From: an uncultured Gemmatimonadales bacterium
GTDB taxonomy: Bacteria > Gemmatimonadota > Gemmatimonadetes > Gemmatimonadales > GWC2-71-9
Length of the DNA: 64,000 nucleotides
Direction: 5' to 3'
Assembly (NCBI GenBank): GCA_963817435.1
Contig: CAWFNY010000004.1
Location: 22,080-86,079 of the forward strand
This document shows positions 39,822-49,377 of the stretch, piece after piece. Position numbers and translations under genes: made by a program. The notes below the pieces were generated by a model. That model ran no database searches. It was not told where the DNA came from and saw nothing but the letters and a program-made list of their open reading frames with translations. Position 1 is the stretch's first letter; each line of letters opens with the position of its first letter.

Positions 39822-40229
39822 TCAGAACTGCCGGGTGAGCGAGTTGGCCTGGTCCGGGTCGGGCTTGCGCACGATCCAGTATCCGGCCGCCTCGGGGCGA
39901 TGGACCATCGGGTTGCGGCCGAAGAGGCGCATGACCAGCCCCATCGGCGTGATCACCAGAAAGTACACCAGGCCCATGAACAGCGGGGTCGTGACTTTCG
40001 ACAGCAGGTGTGAGAGCCCCATCCACGCCCGGTGCACCCCGCTGAGATAGCCCGGGAGCAGCAGGCCGCCGGCGGTCAGCAGGCCACCCAGCGTCCAGAG
40101 CACGAGCGGGGCGATCTCGTGCCCGCGCCAGTGGGAGATGCCCCCCAGCACCAGAAAGGCGATGCCCACGGTGAGGCCGAACTTGCGGCCCTCCCGCGGG
40201 GTCAGTCGAGCTGGAATTCGGTCCGCCAA
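39822..40229 (-). CDS. SxtJ-family membrane protein
   Basis: RKFGL, WMGLSHLL, LVYFLVITPMGLVMRLFGRNPM, YW...RQF. Confidence 0.8.
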   Translation of the reverse strand: MADRIPARLTPREGRKFGLTVGIAFLVLGGISHWRGHEIAPLVLWTLGGLLTAGGLLLPGYLSGVHRAWMGLSHLLSKVTTPLFMGLVYFLVITPMGLVMRLFGRNPMVHRPEAAGYWIVRKPDPDQANSLTRQF

Positions 40230-42037
40230 TCGCCGCTCTCCTTCCATTCGGGCTGGCCGTCCTTGTGCAGCAGGAACGGGTAGAGCACCAGCGCGTCGAT
40301 GTGGGTCCGCATGAAGCAGCGGTAGGCATCGGCCGGGCTGCAGACGATCGGCTCGCCGCGCACGTTGAACGAGGTATTCACCACCACGGCGCATCCGGTC
40401 TGCCGCTCGAACTCCCGGATCAGGTCGTAGTAGTTGGGGCTCGTCTCCGCGGTCACCGTCTGGATGCGGGCCGAGTAGTCGATATGGGTCACCGCCGGAA
40501 TATCCGAACGCACCACGTTCAACTGATCGATGCCCCACAGCTTCCGCTGCTGTTCGGTCATCGGAATCTGCCGTGATTTCTTCACCGGTGCGACCAGCAG
40601 CATGTAGGGCGAGTCGCCGTCGAGTTCGAAATACTCGCCGACCCGTTCCCGGAGCACGCTCGGCGCGAACGGCCGGAACCCCTCCCGGAACTTGATCTTG
40701 ATGTTCATGTCCGCCTGCATCTTCGGGCTGCGGGGATCGCCGAGGATGCTGCGGCCGCCCAGCGCCCGCGGACCGAACTCCATCCGGCCGTCGAACCAGC
40801 CCACGATCTTTTCGCTGGCCAGCAGCCCCGCGGTCTTCTCGAGCAGCGTCGGGCGGTCGAGACGCTCGTAGGGCGCGCCGATGCTCGTGAGATACTGCTC
40901 GATCTGCTCGGGCGTGTAGGAGGGGCCGAGATAGGCGCCGTGCATGCTGTCACGGCCGGACACGACCGTGCGCGGCTGCTTGAGCTGCCGGTGCCATGCC
41001 ATCTGGGCGACGCCCAGCGCGCCGCCCGCATCGCCGGCCGCCGGCTGGATCCAGAGGTGCTTGAACGGTCCCTCGCGAAGCAGCCGGCCATTGCCCACGC
41101 AGTTGAGGGCGACGCCACCGGCGAGACAGAGATTGGGCAGGCCGGTCTCCCGGTGCGCCGTCCGTGCCATGCGGAGCATGATCTCCTCGCACACCACCTG
41201 GACGGAGCGGGCGAGATCCATCTCCTTCTGGGTGAGCTTGGATTCGGGTTCGCGGGGAGGGCCGCCGAACAGCTCGTGAAAGTGCGGGCTCGTCATGGTG
41301 AGCCCGGACAGATAATTGAAGCAGCGCTGATTGAGCCGGAACGAGCCGTCGTCACGCAGATCGAGCAGCTCGCGATAGATCAGGTCCACATAGGTCGGCT
41401 CGCCGTAGGGAGCCAGGCCCATCACCTTGTACTCGCCCGAATTCACCTTGAACCCGGTGTAGTAGGTGAAGGCGGAGTAGAGCAGGCCGAGGGAGTCCGG
41501 CCAGTGCAGTTCCCGGAGCAGGGTGATGTCGTTGCCCCGGCCGACGCCGATCGAAGCGGTCGCCCATTCGCCCACGCCATCCATCGTGAGCACCGCCGCT
41601 TCCTCGAAGGGCGAGGGGAAGAAGGCGCTGGCGGCGTGGGACTCGTGATGCTCCGCGTACAGCAGGGGGCCATCGTAGGCGAGCGCCTCACGAATCTCGC
41701 GATCCATGTACAGCTTGTCCTTGATCCACAGCGGCCCCGCCAGCAGGAACGACCTGAACCCGCGTGGCGCGACCCCGAGGTAAGTCTCGAGAATACGCTC
41801 GAACTTGAGCAGCGGCTTATCGTAGAAGCCGACGGCCGTGAGATCCTTGGTGGTGATGCCCGCCGTGGCCAGGCAGTAATCCACGGCCAGCTTCGGGAAG
41901 GCGGAGTCCCCCTTGACCCGGCTGAGGCGCTCCTCGCTGACGGCCGCAACTATGTCGCCGTCGCGCAACAGGCAGGCGGCGCTGTCGTGGTAAAAGGCGG
42001 AGATGCCGAGTATGTAGGCCGGACGGGTGCCGGGCAT
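40202..42037 (-). CDS. Carbamoyltransferase, NodU/CmcH/SxtI family
   Basis: ILGISAFYHDSAA, EHHESHAASAF, DGVGE, GEYKVMGLAPYG, GGVALNC, EFGPRALG, FRPFAP, NTSFNVRGEPIV. Confidence 0.93.
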   Translation of the reverse strand: MPGTRPAYILGISAFYHDSAACLLRDGDIVAAVSEERLSRVKGDSAFPKLAVDYCLATAGITTKDLTAVGFYDKPLLKFERILETYLGVAPRGFRSFLLAGPLWIKDKLYMDREIREALAYDGPLLYAEHHESHAASAFFPSPFEEAAVLTMDGVGEWATASIGVGRGNDITLLRELHWPDSLGLLYSAFTYYTGFKVNSGEYKVMGLAPYGEPTYVDLIYRELLDLRDDGSFRLNQRCFNYLSGLTMTSPHFHELFGGPPREPESKLTQKEMDLARSVQVVCEEIMLRMARTAHRETGLPNLCLAGGVALNCVGNGRLLREGPFKHLWIQPAAGDAGGALGVAQMAWHRQLKQPRTVVSGRDSMHGAYLGPSYTPEQIEQYLTSIGAPYERLDRPTLLEKTAGLLASEKIVGWFDGRMEFGPRALGGRSILGDPRSPKMQADMNIKIKFREGFRPFAPSVLRERVGEYFELDGDSPYMLLVAPVKKSRQIPMTEQQRKLWGIDQLNVVRSDIPAVTHIDYSARIQTVTAETSPNYYDLIREFERQTGCAVVVNTSFNVRGEPIVCSPADAYRCFMRTHIDALVLYPFLLHKDGQPEWKESGDWRTEFQLD

Positions 42038-42206
42038 CAGGGATTCCTTGGATTTCCTGGGTAGAGGGTGCACGTTTTGGCAAGAAGCAGGCCAATTTCG
42101 GCCTGTCCCGATGGATCTGGCCCTCCTCTTGCCATTGGTCGGCGCGGGCGTGGGTCAGTAACCTAGTCCGTTCGCGTCCGCTCCACCCCTTTTCGATGGA
42201 AACCCC

Positions 42207-43379
42207 ATGAAGTTCGGATCCGCTCTGGCCAGGCTGGGAAGCGCCGTTCGCGACGGCTGGCTGATGCTTGGGCTTACCCTGGTCTTCTTTCTTGCGCTGG
42301 AATTTGGATACCGCGGTATCCACGGACTGCGCGGGCTGGCCGCCGATTCCACCGCCACCGCGGCAGATTCCACCCTGCACCCCTACGCGCACGCCCCCTG
42401 GTGGGGGCCTTTTCAGGGCCGGGAGGGGCTCATGGCCCGGAAGAATCGCTACGATCCCTACCGCGCCTTCTGGGCTTACCCGACTACGTCCAGGTATGTC
42501 AACGTCGATACTGCAGGGCGACGGATCACCCCCCAGCCGCCTGTCACTGGCAGCAGACATCGCCAGCTCTTCATGCTCGGGGGCTCGACCATGTGGGGCT
42601 TTACCGCGCGGGATTCCTTCACCATTCCCGCCCTGACCGCCGTTGCCCTGCGCGAGCGTGGCATCAGCGACGTGGAAGTCGTGAATCTCGCGCAGCAGGC
42701 CTTCAATACCACCCAGGAAGCTGCGACGCTGGTGATAGAACTCGCACGCGGGCATGTGCCAGACGCAGCGGTCTTTCTCGACGGCTACAACGATATCGCC
42801 ACCGGGGTCAAGTACGGCACGCCGGGCCACACCTACGGCGAGGAGGCTACTCAGCAGGATATCGAACTGGGGGTGCGCGGCTTCTGGGCGGAGCTGATCG
42901 GGCTCGGGCGCCACTCAGAACTCATCCAGCGGCTGCAACGGGCCGTGGGAATCTCACGCCCGCCACCGCCGGTGCGGGGTGGGCCCGAGCGGGTGTGCGG
43001 GCGGGTGGCGGGCTATTACCGCAATGTCGCGCTCTCCGTGGAGGCCCTGGGAAAGCAGTGGGGGTTCCCAGCGCTCTATCTGCAGCAGCCGATCCACGCG
43101 ACCACCCACAAGCGCCTGACTCCATGGGAGCACACCCTGTATCAGGGACGCTCCCTCGCGCCTTGCGCCGCATCGCTCGACTCGGCCATGGCCGATCAGG
43201 CGGGGCATACCTACTTCTCACTCGCGGGACTGTTCGACGCGGATACGGTGTCGGTCTACGTGGATGAGCACGCACACATCACCGAGGACGCCAACCGGAA
43301 GGTGGCGGAGCGGATCGCTGACCTGGTGGCGCCGCTGCTGCAGCGCCCGGCTACGGCCAGCCTGCCCGCAGTTCGTTGA
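42207..43379 (+). CDS. Membrane-anchored SGNH/GDSL-fold protein
   Basis: N-terminal TM helix, MLGGSTMWG, DGYND, DEHAH (DxxH). Confidence 0.75.
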   Translation: MKFGSALARLGSAVRDGWLMLGLTLVFFLALEFGYRGIHGLRGLAADSTATAADSTLHPYAHAPWWGPFQGREGLMARKNRYDPYRAFWAYPTTSRYVNVDTAGRRITPQPPVTGSRHRQLFMLGGSTMWGFTARDSFTIPALTAVALRERGISDVEVVNLAQQAFNTTQEAATLVIELARGHVPDAAVFLDGYNDIATGVKYGTPGHTYGEEATQQDIELGVRGFWAELIGLGRHSELIQRLQRAVGISRPPPPVRGGPERVCGRVAGYYRNVALSVEALGKQWGFPALYLQQPIHATTHKRLTPWEHTLYQGRSLAPCAASLDSAMADQAGHTYFSLAGLFDADTVSVYVDEHAHITEDANRKVAERIADLVAPLLQRPATASLPAVR

Positions 43380-43502
43380 GCAGCGTGGCCGCTCCGGACG
43401 GCCTCGCGCAACTCGGTGGCCAGTTGCTCCCCGCCGCCGTGAGTCGGTCATTCTGCCGGCCCGCAGTCTAGCGACTCTCCCGCCCTTTTCCGACTCTCCG
43501 CT

Positions 43503-45353
43503 TCACTGGACCTCGTCCGTGGTGCGGGAGTAGAGGGCCTGGATGGCCTCCTGGTACCGCTGCTCCACCATCCGGCGCTTCACCTTGAATGTCGGAGTCA
43601 GCAGCCCCGTTTCGACCGAGAGTTCCTCCCCCAGGATCGCGATCCGCTTGGGCCGCTCGAACTGGGCGAGGTCGTTCAGCCGGCCCAGCGACTCCGCCTC
43701 GAGCAGCTCGCGCACCAGCTTCTCGTGATAGAGCTGGGTGCGATCGTTGGCCGTGATGCCGTGCTCGATCGCCCATTGCCGGAGCCGCTCGAAGTCGGGC
43801 ACGATCAGCATCGCCGGGTAGGGCCGCCGATCCCCGATCATCACCGCCTGCGCGATGAACGGAGACAGCTGGGTGCGCCCCTCGATCGGTTGCGGGGCCA
43901 CCTTCTTGCCGCCGGCCGTGACGATCAGGTCCTTGATCCGGTCGGTGACGTGCAGGTAGCCGTCGTCGTCGAATGTGCCCACGTCTCCGGTGTGGAACCA
44001 CCCGTCGGCGTCGATCGCCGCTTTCGTTGCCTCAGGCTGGTTCCAATACCCCTGCATGACCGAGGGGCCCCTCGCCTGAATCTCGCCCTCGTCGCCAATC
44101 CGCAACTCGACGCCCGGATAGGGGAGCCCGACACTGCCCAGCCGCCAATTCTCAGGGCGGTTCGCGGCCAGCACCGGTGCGGTCTCCGTCAATCCGTACC
44201 CTTCGTACAGCGGGATCCCGGCCCCGAGGAAGAACCGGCCCACCACGGGGGAGAGGGGCGCTCCGCCACAAATCATGGTGGAGAGACGCCCGCCGAGGCC
44301 GTGGCGGATCTTCCGGAAGACCACGAGGTCCGCCAGTCGGTACTTGAACCTCAGACCCAGGCTCGGGGACTTCCGCGCGGCCCAGCAGTCGACCATCGCT
44401 CCGCCCACCTCGGCGGCCCAGTGCACCAGCTTCCCCTTGAGGCCGCCCGCCGCCATCACCTTGCCGTAGACTTTGTCGAACAGGCGGGGGACCGCGATCA
44501 TGATCTGCGGCCGCACCTCCAGCAGGTTCGCCGGTACCTGCGCGACCGATTCGGCGTAGGCGATCGTGACCCCATTGTCCCAGTAGTAGAAGTCGCCGAT
44601 GCGCTCGAGCACGTGGGAGAGCGGCAGCAGCGAGAGCGCGACCGAACCGGCGCTCGTGGCGAGCGAACCGTGCTGCTTCGAGGCGGCGATCATCGCCGCG
44701 AGGTTGTAATGGGTCAGGACCGCGCCTTTGGGCGTGCCCGTCGTCCCTGACGTATAGATGATGGTCGCGATGCTCGACTCGGAGAGGCTCAGCGCGCGCT
44801 TGCGAAGCTCCCGGCTCCAGATAGCCTGGCTCTCCGGGTTCTCATCCAGCTCCTTGGCGAGCGACTGCTCCGTGGATCCTGGCGGGGCTGGGTCGAACAT
44901 CATTACATGGGCCAGCATCGGGCACTGCTCGCGGATGCCGGCCAGCCGGGTGATCTGGGCCGCAGTGGAGATGAAGAGTGCCTGAGCGCCGCAGTCCCGG
45001 AGGATGTAGGCGACCTGATCGGGAGGGAGCGTCGGGTAGATCGGAACCACGATGAGGCCGAGCGCGAGCGCGGCATAGTCCACCATCGCCCACTCGGGGC
45101 GATTCTCCGAGAGCAGCGCCACCCGGTCGCCGGACTTCAATCCCCACGCGTTGAGGAGCGCGGCCACCTGGGCGACGCGGAGCTCGACATCCCGGTAACT
45201 CAGGCTCAGCCACTGGCCATCCCGCTTGAAGCGGAGCGCATCCTGCGGGCCGAAGCGGTCGATCGCCTCGTAGAAGATGTGGTTGAGCGTGGTGCGCGAA
45301 AACGGTTGCAGTGGAGTGACTGGGGCCGTGAAATGGGGTGCGATCGTGGTCAT
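43503..45353 (-). CDS. Long-chain fatty acid-CoA ligase (FadD15-like)
   Basis: IYTSGTTGTPKG, LPLSHVLE, YEGYGLTE, WFHTGDVG, DRIKDLIVTAGGKKVAPQPIE. Confidence 0.93.
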   Translation of the reverse strand: MTTIAPHFTAPVTPLQPFSRTTLNHIFYEAIDRFGPQDALRFKRDGQWLSLSYRDVELRVAQVAALLNAWGLKSGDRVALLSENRPEWAMVDYAALALGLIVVPIYPTLPPDQVAYILRDCGAQALFISTAAQITRLAGIREQCPMLAHVMMFDPAPPGSTEQSLAKELDENPESQAIWSRELRKRALSLSESSIATIIYTSGTTGTPKGAVLTHYNLAAMIAASKQHGSLATSAGSVALSLLPLSHVLERIGDFYYWDNGVTIAYAESVAQVPANLLEVRPQIMIAVPRLFDKVYGKVMAAGGLKGKLVHWAAEVGGAMVDCWAARKSPSLGLRFKYRLADLVVFRKIRHGLGGRLSTMICGGAPLSPVVGRFFLGAGIPLYEGYGLTETAPVLAANRPENWRLGSVGLPYPGVELRIGDEGEIQARGPSVMQGYWNQPEATKAAIDADGWFHTGDVGTFDDDGYLHVTDRIKDLIVTAGGKKVAPQPIEGRTQLSPFIAQAVMIGDRRPYPAMLIVPDFERLRQWAIEHGITANDRTQLYHEKLVRELLEAESLGRLNDLAQFERPKRIAILGEELSVETGLLTPTFKVKRRMVEQRYQEAIQALYSRTTDEVQ

Positions 45354-45507
45354 CGGGGCCTGCCTTGGGCGGCGCGCGTGGCCTGAACTGGCTCCGTCCG
45401 GAGCCCGCCGGGAGCCGCCCCGGAGGAGGGCGGGGTAGGCGGAGTCAGTCTTGTACAGTTATGGATAGCAGGGAGGGCTTGAAGATCCCGTGAAGGCAGG
45501 CTGTGAC

Positions 45508-47139
45508 TCAGCCTGCCTTTGCCGCCGGGACGCGACTCATGGCATACTCGGCGAGCGCGGTGATCGTCAGACTGGGATTGACCCCGGGGTTGGCGGGCAT
45601 GATCGAGCCGTCGATCACGTACAGCCCCGGGTAGCCGTGCACCTGGCAGTCAGCATCGATCACACCCTCCCCGGCGTTCCGCCCCATCGGACAGCCACCC
45701 AGAATGTGCGCCGTGATCGGGATGTCGAACAGCCCCTCATTGACAGACCCCATCGCGATGCCGTTGGTCCGTTCGGCGAACGTCCGGGTCACCTGGTGCC
45801 CGATCGCGATCTTGGTCGGAATGGTCGCCTCGTTGTCCGGCTGGGAGACGAGATCCCTCCTGAATCCGGTGAAGAGGCTGCGGCCAGGGCGCAGGCGGAT
45901 GCGGTTGTCCTCCCACTGCATTGCCAGCATGATCGTGGTCCGCTCCGCCCAGCCCGGCAGCAGGTGCGTCCGCATGAACTCGCCCGGGTGCCGCACAAGG
46001 TGCAGCGCCGACTGACCGAGGCGCGATGCCAGGCTGCCGGATTCGATCATCGGCCCGCCGAGCAGGCGCATGGCCGAGGAACCTGCGGGGTAACGCACCG
46101 GCTCGATCGTCGTCACCGCATCGGCCCGGAAGATCGAGGTGATCGCGATGCCCTTCGAGTAGTCGATGTCGGCGCTCCGGGCGACGCTGCCGAGCAGCGC
46201 TTCGTTGTTGGTGCGGACCATGTCACCGAGCCGCGGTGAAAGCCCGCGGAGCGAACCGGTGACCTCCCGGCAGCGGAAGAGCAGGCGCAGCGACCCCAGG
46301 GTCCCCGCGGAGACGATGACGTGGCGCGCGCGAATCGGCGCCATGTGGCGGTGCAGCAGGCCCGTCGTGCGCCTGGCGTGCACCTCGTACCGCGCTCCGT
46401 CCTGCTGCGGTCCCGCCAGTGGCCGGATGTCGCGGACGGTCGCCTCCGCGATGATCGTGGCGCCCCACTTCTCGGCGAAGTGCAGATAGTTCTTGGGCAG
46501 CGTGTTCTTCGAGTTAAGCTGGCATCCCACCATGCAGCCGCCGCAGTGAGTACAGGCCCGCCGCGCCGGTCCTTCACCACCGAAGTAGGGATCGGGAACC
46601 TCCACACCCTCCTGCCCCGGCGCGCCGAAGAAGGTCCCGACCGGCACCGGCCGGAAGCTCTCTCCGCGTCCGAGTTCCTCGGCGATCCTGCGCAGTTGCT
46701 GATCGGCGGGCCACAGCCTCGGATTCTCGGCGACGCCCAGCATGCGCTTCGCCGTGGCGTAGTGCGGTTGCAGCTCGCGCTTCCACTCGATCGGTCGCTG
46801 CCACGCCGGCGAGTTGAAGGCCTCGTCGCCCGGCTCCATGAGCACGTTAGCATAGCCGAGGCTCCCGCCACCGACGCCCGCGCCATGCAGCACGAACACG
46901 TTCTTGAACGGGCTGATCTGCAGGATGCCGTAACAGCCGACCGAGGGCGCCCACAGATACCGCGGCAGGTCCCACGTGCTGCGCGCGAAGTCCTGATCGC
47001 GGAATCGCCGGCCGCGCTCCAGCACCAGCACCCGATAGCCCTTCTCCGCCAGCCGCATCGCGGAGACGCTGCCACCGAAGCCGGAGCCGATGATGATGTA
47101 GTCGAATGTCTCGGTCACGACGAACGCTATCCACCTCAT
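45508..47139 (-). CDS. GMC oxidoreductase, cholesterol oxidase (ChoD)-like
   Basis: IIGSGFGGSVSA, GVGGGSLGYAN, CTHCGGCMVGC, KNTLPKNYL, TAHILGG, NPGVNPSLTITALAE. Confidence 0.88.
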   Translation of the reverse strand: MRWIAFVVTETFDYIIIGSGFGGSVSAMRLAEKGYRVLVLERGRRFRDQDFARSTWDLPRYLWAPSVGCYGILQISPFKNVFVLHGAGVGGGSLGYANVLMEPGDEAFNSPAWQRPIEWKRELQPHYATAKRMLGVAENPRLWPADQQLRRIAEELGRGESFRPVPVGTFFGAPGQEGVEVPDPYFGGEGPARRACTHCGGCMVGCQLNSKNTLPKNYLHFAEKWGATIIAEATVRDIRPLAGPQQDGARYEVHARRTTGLLHRHMAPIRARHVIVSAGTLGSLRLLFRCREVTGSLRGLSPRLGDMVRTNNEALLGSVARSADIDYSKGIAITSIFRADAVTTIEPVRYPAGSSAMRLLGGPMIESGSLASRLGQSALHLVRHPGEFMRTHLLPGWAERTTIMLAMQWEDNRIRLRPGRSLFTGFRRDLVSQPDNEATIPTKIAIGHQVTRTFAERTNGIAMGSVNEGLFDIPITAHILGGCPMGRNAGEGVIDADCQVHGYPGLYVIDGSIMPANPGVNPSLTITALAEYAMSRVPAAKAG

Positions 47140-47236
47140 GCGAGTGGCCGCAAGCTCAAACGCAAAGCTTGAACGGCGAGGCCGGCGCGTTCACCTTCAG
47201 GCAGCACGTTGACGGTGCCACTCACTGGAAATCTTC

Positions 47237-48136
47237 ATGAAGCTGCTGGAAGAGCTCGCGCGACGACAGCTCGTGGTCGTCACTGGCAAGGGCGGCGTCG
47301 GCAAGACGACGCTCGCTGCCGCGATCGGGCGTCTGCTTGCCGCGAGTGGCCGCCGGACGCTTCTCCTCGAGGTCGATCCCCGCGAGAGTCTCCATCAGCT
47401 TCTCGGTACGGAGCCGTCCGGCGGCCAGGTGGTGAAGGCCGGAACTCGCCTTGCCTCACAGAATCTGCAGGCCCGCGCGGTCGTGGATGGGCTGGTCCGT
47501 GAGAAGCTTCCCATCGCTGCCCTCGCGAGCAAGGTCATCGCCAGCTCCGTCTTCCAGCATTTCGCGGAGGGAGCACCCGGGCTCAAGGAGATGGCGGTCC
47601 TCGGGTATGCCCTCCGCACCGTCGAGGGTCACAACCGTCACAAGGCGGACGTCGTGGTCCTCGACGCGCCCGCGACCGGGCACAGTGCGTCGATGCTCGC
47701 GGCTCCCCTGGTGCTCTCCGACGCCATCGGCGGCGGCCAGCTCGGCGAGATGGCCAGGGAACTCGCCGGGTTCATCGCCGATCCCAAACGCTGCGGCGTG
47801 GTGCTGACGGCCATCGCCGAAGAGATGCCGGTCCAGGAAGCACTCGAACTGATCGCACTGCTCAGGGAGAAGATCGGCCGTCCGCCCGAGCTGCTCATCG
47901 CGAACGCCCTCTATCCGCCATTCCCGTCAGGCATCCCGGCCGGCCGCGCCTCCAGTGGCGACACGACGGCGGTTCTCGATCTCTGGCGCCAGCGGCGGGC
48001 CGTGAACGAACGGGAACTCAAGCGCCTCCGGGCCGGCTGGGCGGGGCCGATCGCCGAGATCCCGCTCCTCCCGGTCGACCGCGGTCCCGGCCTGCTCGCC
48101 GGGGTCGAATCGGCGCTCGCCGTGGCATTGCGATGA
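47237..48136 (+). CDS. ArsA/Get3-family ATPase, subunit 1
   Basis: TGKGGVGKTT, DAPATGH, EEMPVQEALE. No metal-binding Cys cluster. Confidence 0.88.
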   Translation: MKLLEELARRQLVVVTGKGGVGKTTLAAAIGRLLAASGRRTLLLEVDPRESLHQLLGTEPSGGQVVKAGTRLASQNLQARAVVDGLVREKLPIAALASKVIASSVFQHFAEGAPGLKEMAVLGYALRTVEGHNRHKADVVVLDAPATGHSASMLAAPLVLSDAIGGGQLGEMARELAGFIADPKRCGVVLTAIAEEMPVQEALELIALLREKIGRPPELLIANALYPPFPSGIPAGRASSGDTTAVLDLWRQRRAVNERELKRLRAGWAGPIAEIPLLPVDRGPGLLAGVESALAVALR

Positions 48137-49194
48137 GCCTCGGACCACTGGATCAGCGATTGCTGGTGGTGGTCGGCGCGGGAGGCGTCGGCAAGACCAC
48201 GCTTGCCGCCGCCCTCGGACTCCAGTCCGCCCGGGCCGGCAAGCACACGCTCGTCATGACCTTCGACCCATCCCTTCGGCTCAAGGACGCCCTCGGCGTC
48301 GGAGACGAGGCGAGAGAACGGGCGGTGCGGGTGAAGTCGGGTACCAAAGGCCGCCTCGATGTCGCCCTGCTCGATGCACGCACCACGTTCGACCGGCTGA
48401 TTCGCCGGTACGCTCCCGATGATGCCGCCGCCGAGCGGATCTTCAGCAACCGTTTCTATCGGGATCTCGCCGGGAACCTCGCCGGCATCCTCGAGTATAT
48501 GGCCGTCGAGCGCCTCTTCGAAGTGGCCGCGGACGGCAGCTACGATCGCATCATCCTCGACACCCCACCGACGCGGCAGGCGCTCGACTTCCTCGAGGCG
48601 CCGGACCGGATCGTGAACTTTCTCGACAGCGGGGCGGTGCGCCTCGCATTGAAGCCGTGGTGGGAGAAGGGCGGCGGACTCAAGCGGATGCCGATGCGGA
48701 TCGCGGCCAGGGGCGTCGAGCAGATCGTGGACCGGGTGATCGGCGTCCGGCTGCTGCAGGACATGCTCGAATTCTTCCGCGCCTTCGGTCCACTCTATGA
48801 TGGATTTCGCGGGCGAGCGAGCGACGTACGGGCGCTGCTGCGCGCCCCCGATTCGCTGTTTCTCCTGGTCAGCGGGCCCGGCGTGGATCGCATCCCCGAT
48901 ACGCTGTTCTTCGCCCGAAAGCTCAAGGAGGCGGGGCACCGGGTCGGCCCGATCGTGGTGAACCAGGTCCATCCCGCGGCGCCGTTGGCGAAGGGCGTCT
49001 CGCCGGACCTGGCCGAGGGGCTTTCACTGTTCCATTACCTGGGAGAGCGGGATCGGCACGGCCTGGAGCGGTTGCGCCAGCTGCTTTCCCGCGGCGAGCC
49101 GCTGCTGGCGATTCCGCTGCAGGCATCACCTCCGACCGACCTGGCGGAGTTGGAGGCGCTGGGTCGGGTCATCCGGGCGCAACTCGATCACTGA
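48133..49194 (+). CDS. ArsA/Get3-family ATPase, subunit 2
   Basis: GAGGVGKTT, TFDPSLRLKDALG, DTPPTRQALDFLEAP. ATGA overlap with subunit 1. Confidence 0.88.
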   Translation: MSLGPLDQRLLVVVGAGGVGKTTLAAALGLQSARAGKHTLVMTFDPSLRLKDALGVGDEARERAVRVKSGTKGRLDVALLDARTTFDRLIRRYAPDDAAAERIFSNRFYRDLAGNLAGILEYMAVERLFEVAADGSYDRIILDTPPTRQALDFLEAPDRIVNFLDSGAVRLALKPWWEKGGGLKRMPMRIAARGVEQIVDRVIGVRLLQDMLEFFRAFGPLYDGFRGRASDVRALLRAPDSLFLLVSGPGVDRIPDTLFFARKLKEAGHRVGPIVVNQVHPAAPLAKGVSPDLAEGLSLFHYLGERDRHGLERLRQLLSRGEPLLAIPLQASPPTDLAELEALGRVIRAQLDH

Positions 49195-49220
49195 GCCGGC
49201 CTCTTGCGGGCCGCGCTGCC

Positions 49221-49254
49221 AAGGCCGACACCTCCCCCGCGAGGTGTCGGCCTT
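49221..49254 (+). terminator. 14-bp hairpin after the ArsA pair
   Basis: aaggccgacacctc-ccccgc-gaggtgtcggcctt followed by cttc. Confidence 0.7.
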
Positions 49255-49298
49255 CTTCATGGTCCCGCCGCCGTGGATATCCCACGTGCGGGTGGGGG

Positions 49299-49348
49299 TT
49301 GCCGCAATGCGACATTCTGGGGGTTGCTTTTTTGCCGCAATGCGGTAA
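49299..49348. promoter_or_regulatory. Tandem TGC-rich palindromic operators (putative PhaR-type sites)
   Basis: ttgccgcaatgcg occurs at 49299 and 49332. The second copy is the near-palindrome ttgccgca-a-tgcggtaa. Confidence 0.6.
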
Positions 49349-49377
49349 GTTGGTTTCGTCCACATCGGAGGCGCATC

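Noticed and set aside
39631-42037. Saxitoxin biosynthesis
   Set aside because: Only sxtIJK-like genes are present; no sxtA, sxtG or other core genes.
45360-45500. GC-rich structured leader upstream of fadD as a possible riboswitch
   Set aside because: No conserved aptamer motif or terminator recognised.
47237-49194. Arsenic resistance (arsA)
   Set aside because: No arsB/arsC/arsR/arsD nearby, no metalloid-binding cysteines, and lipid-related context.
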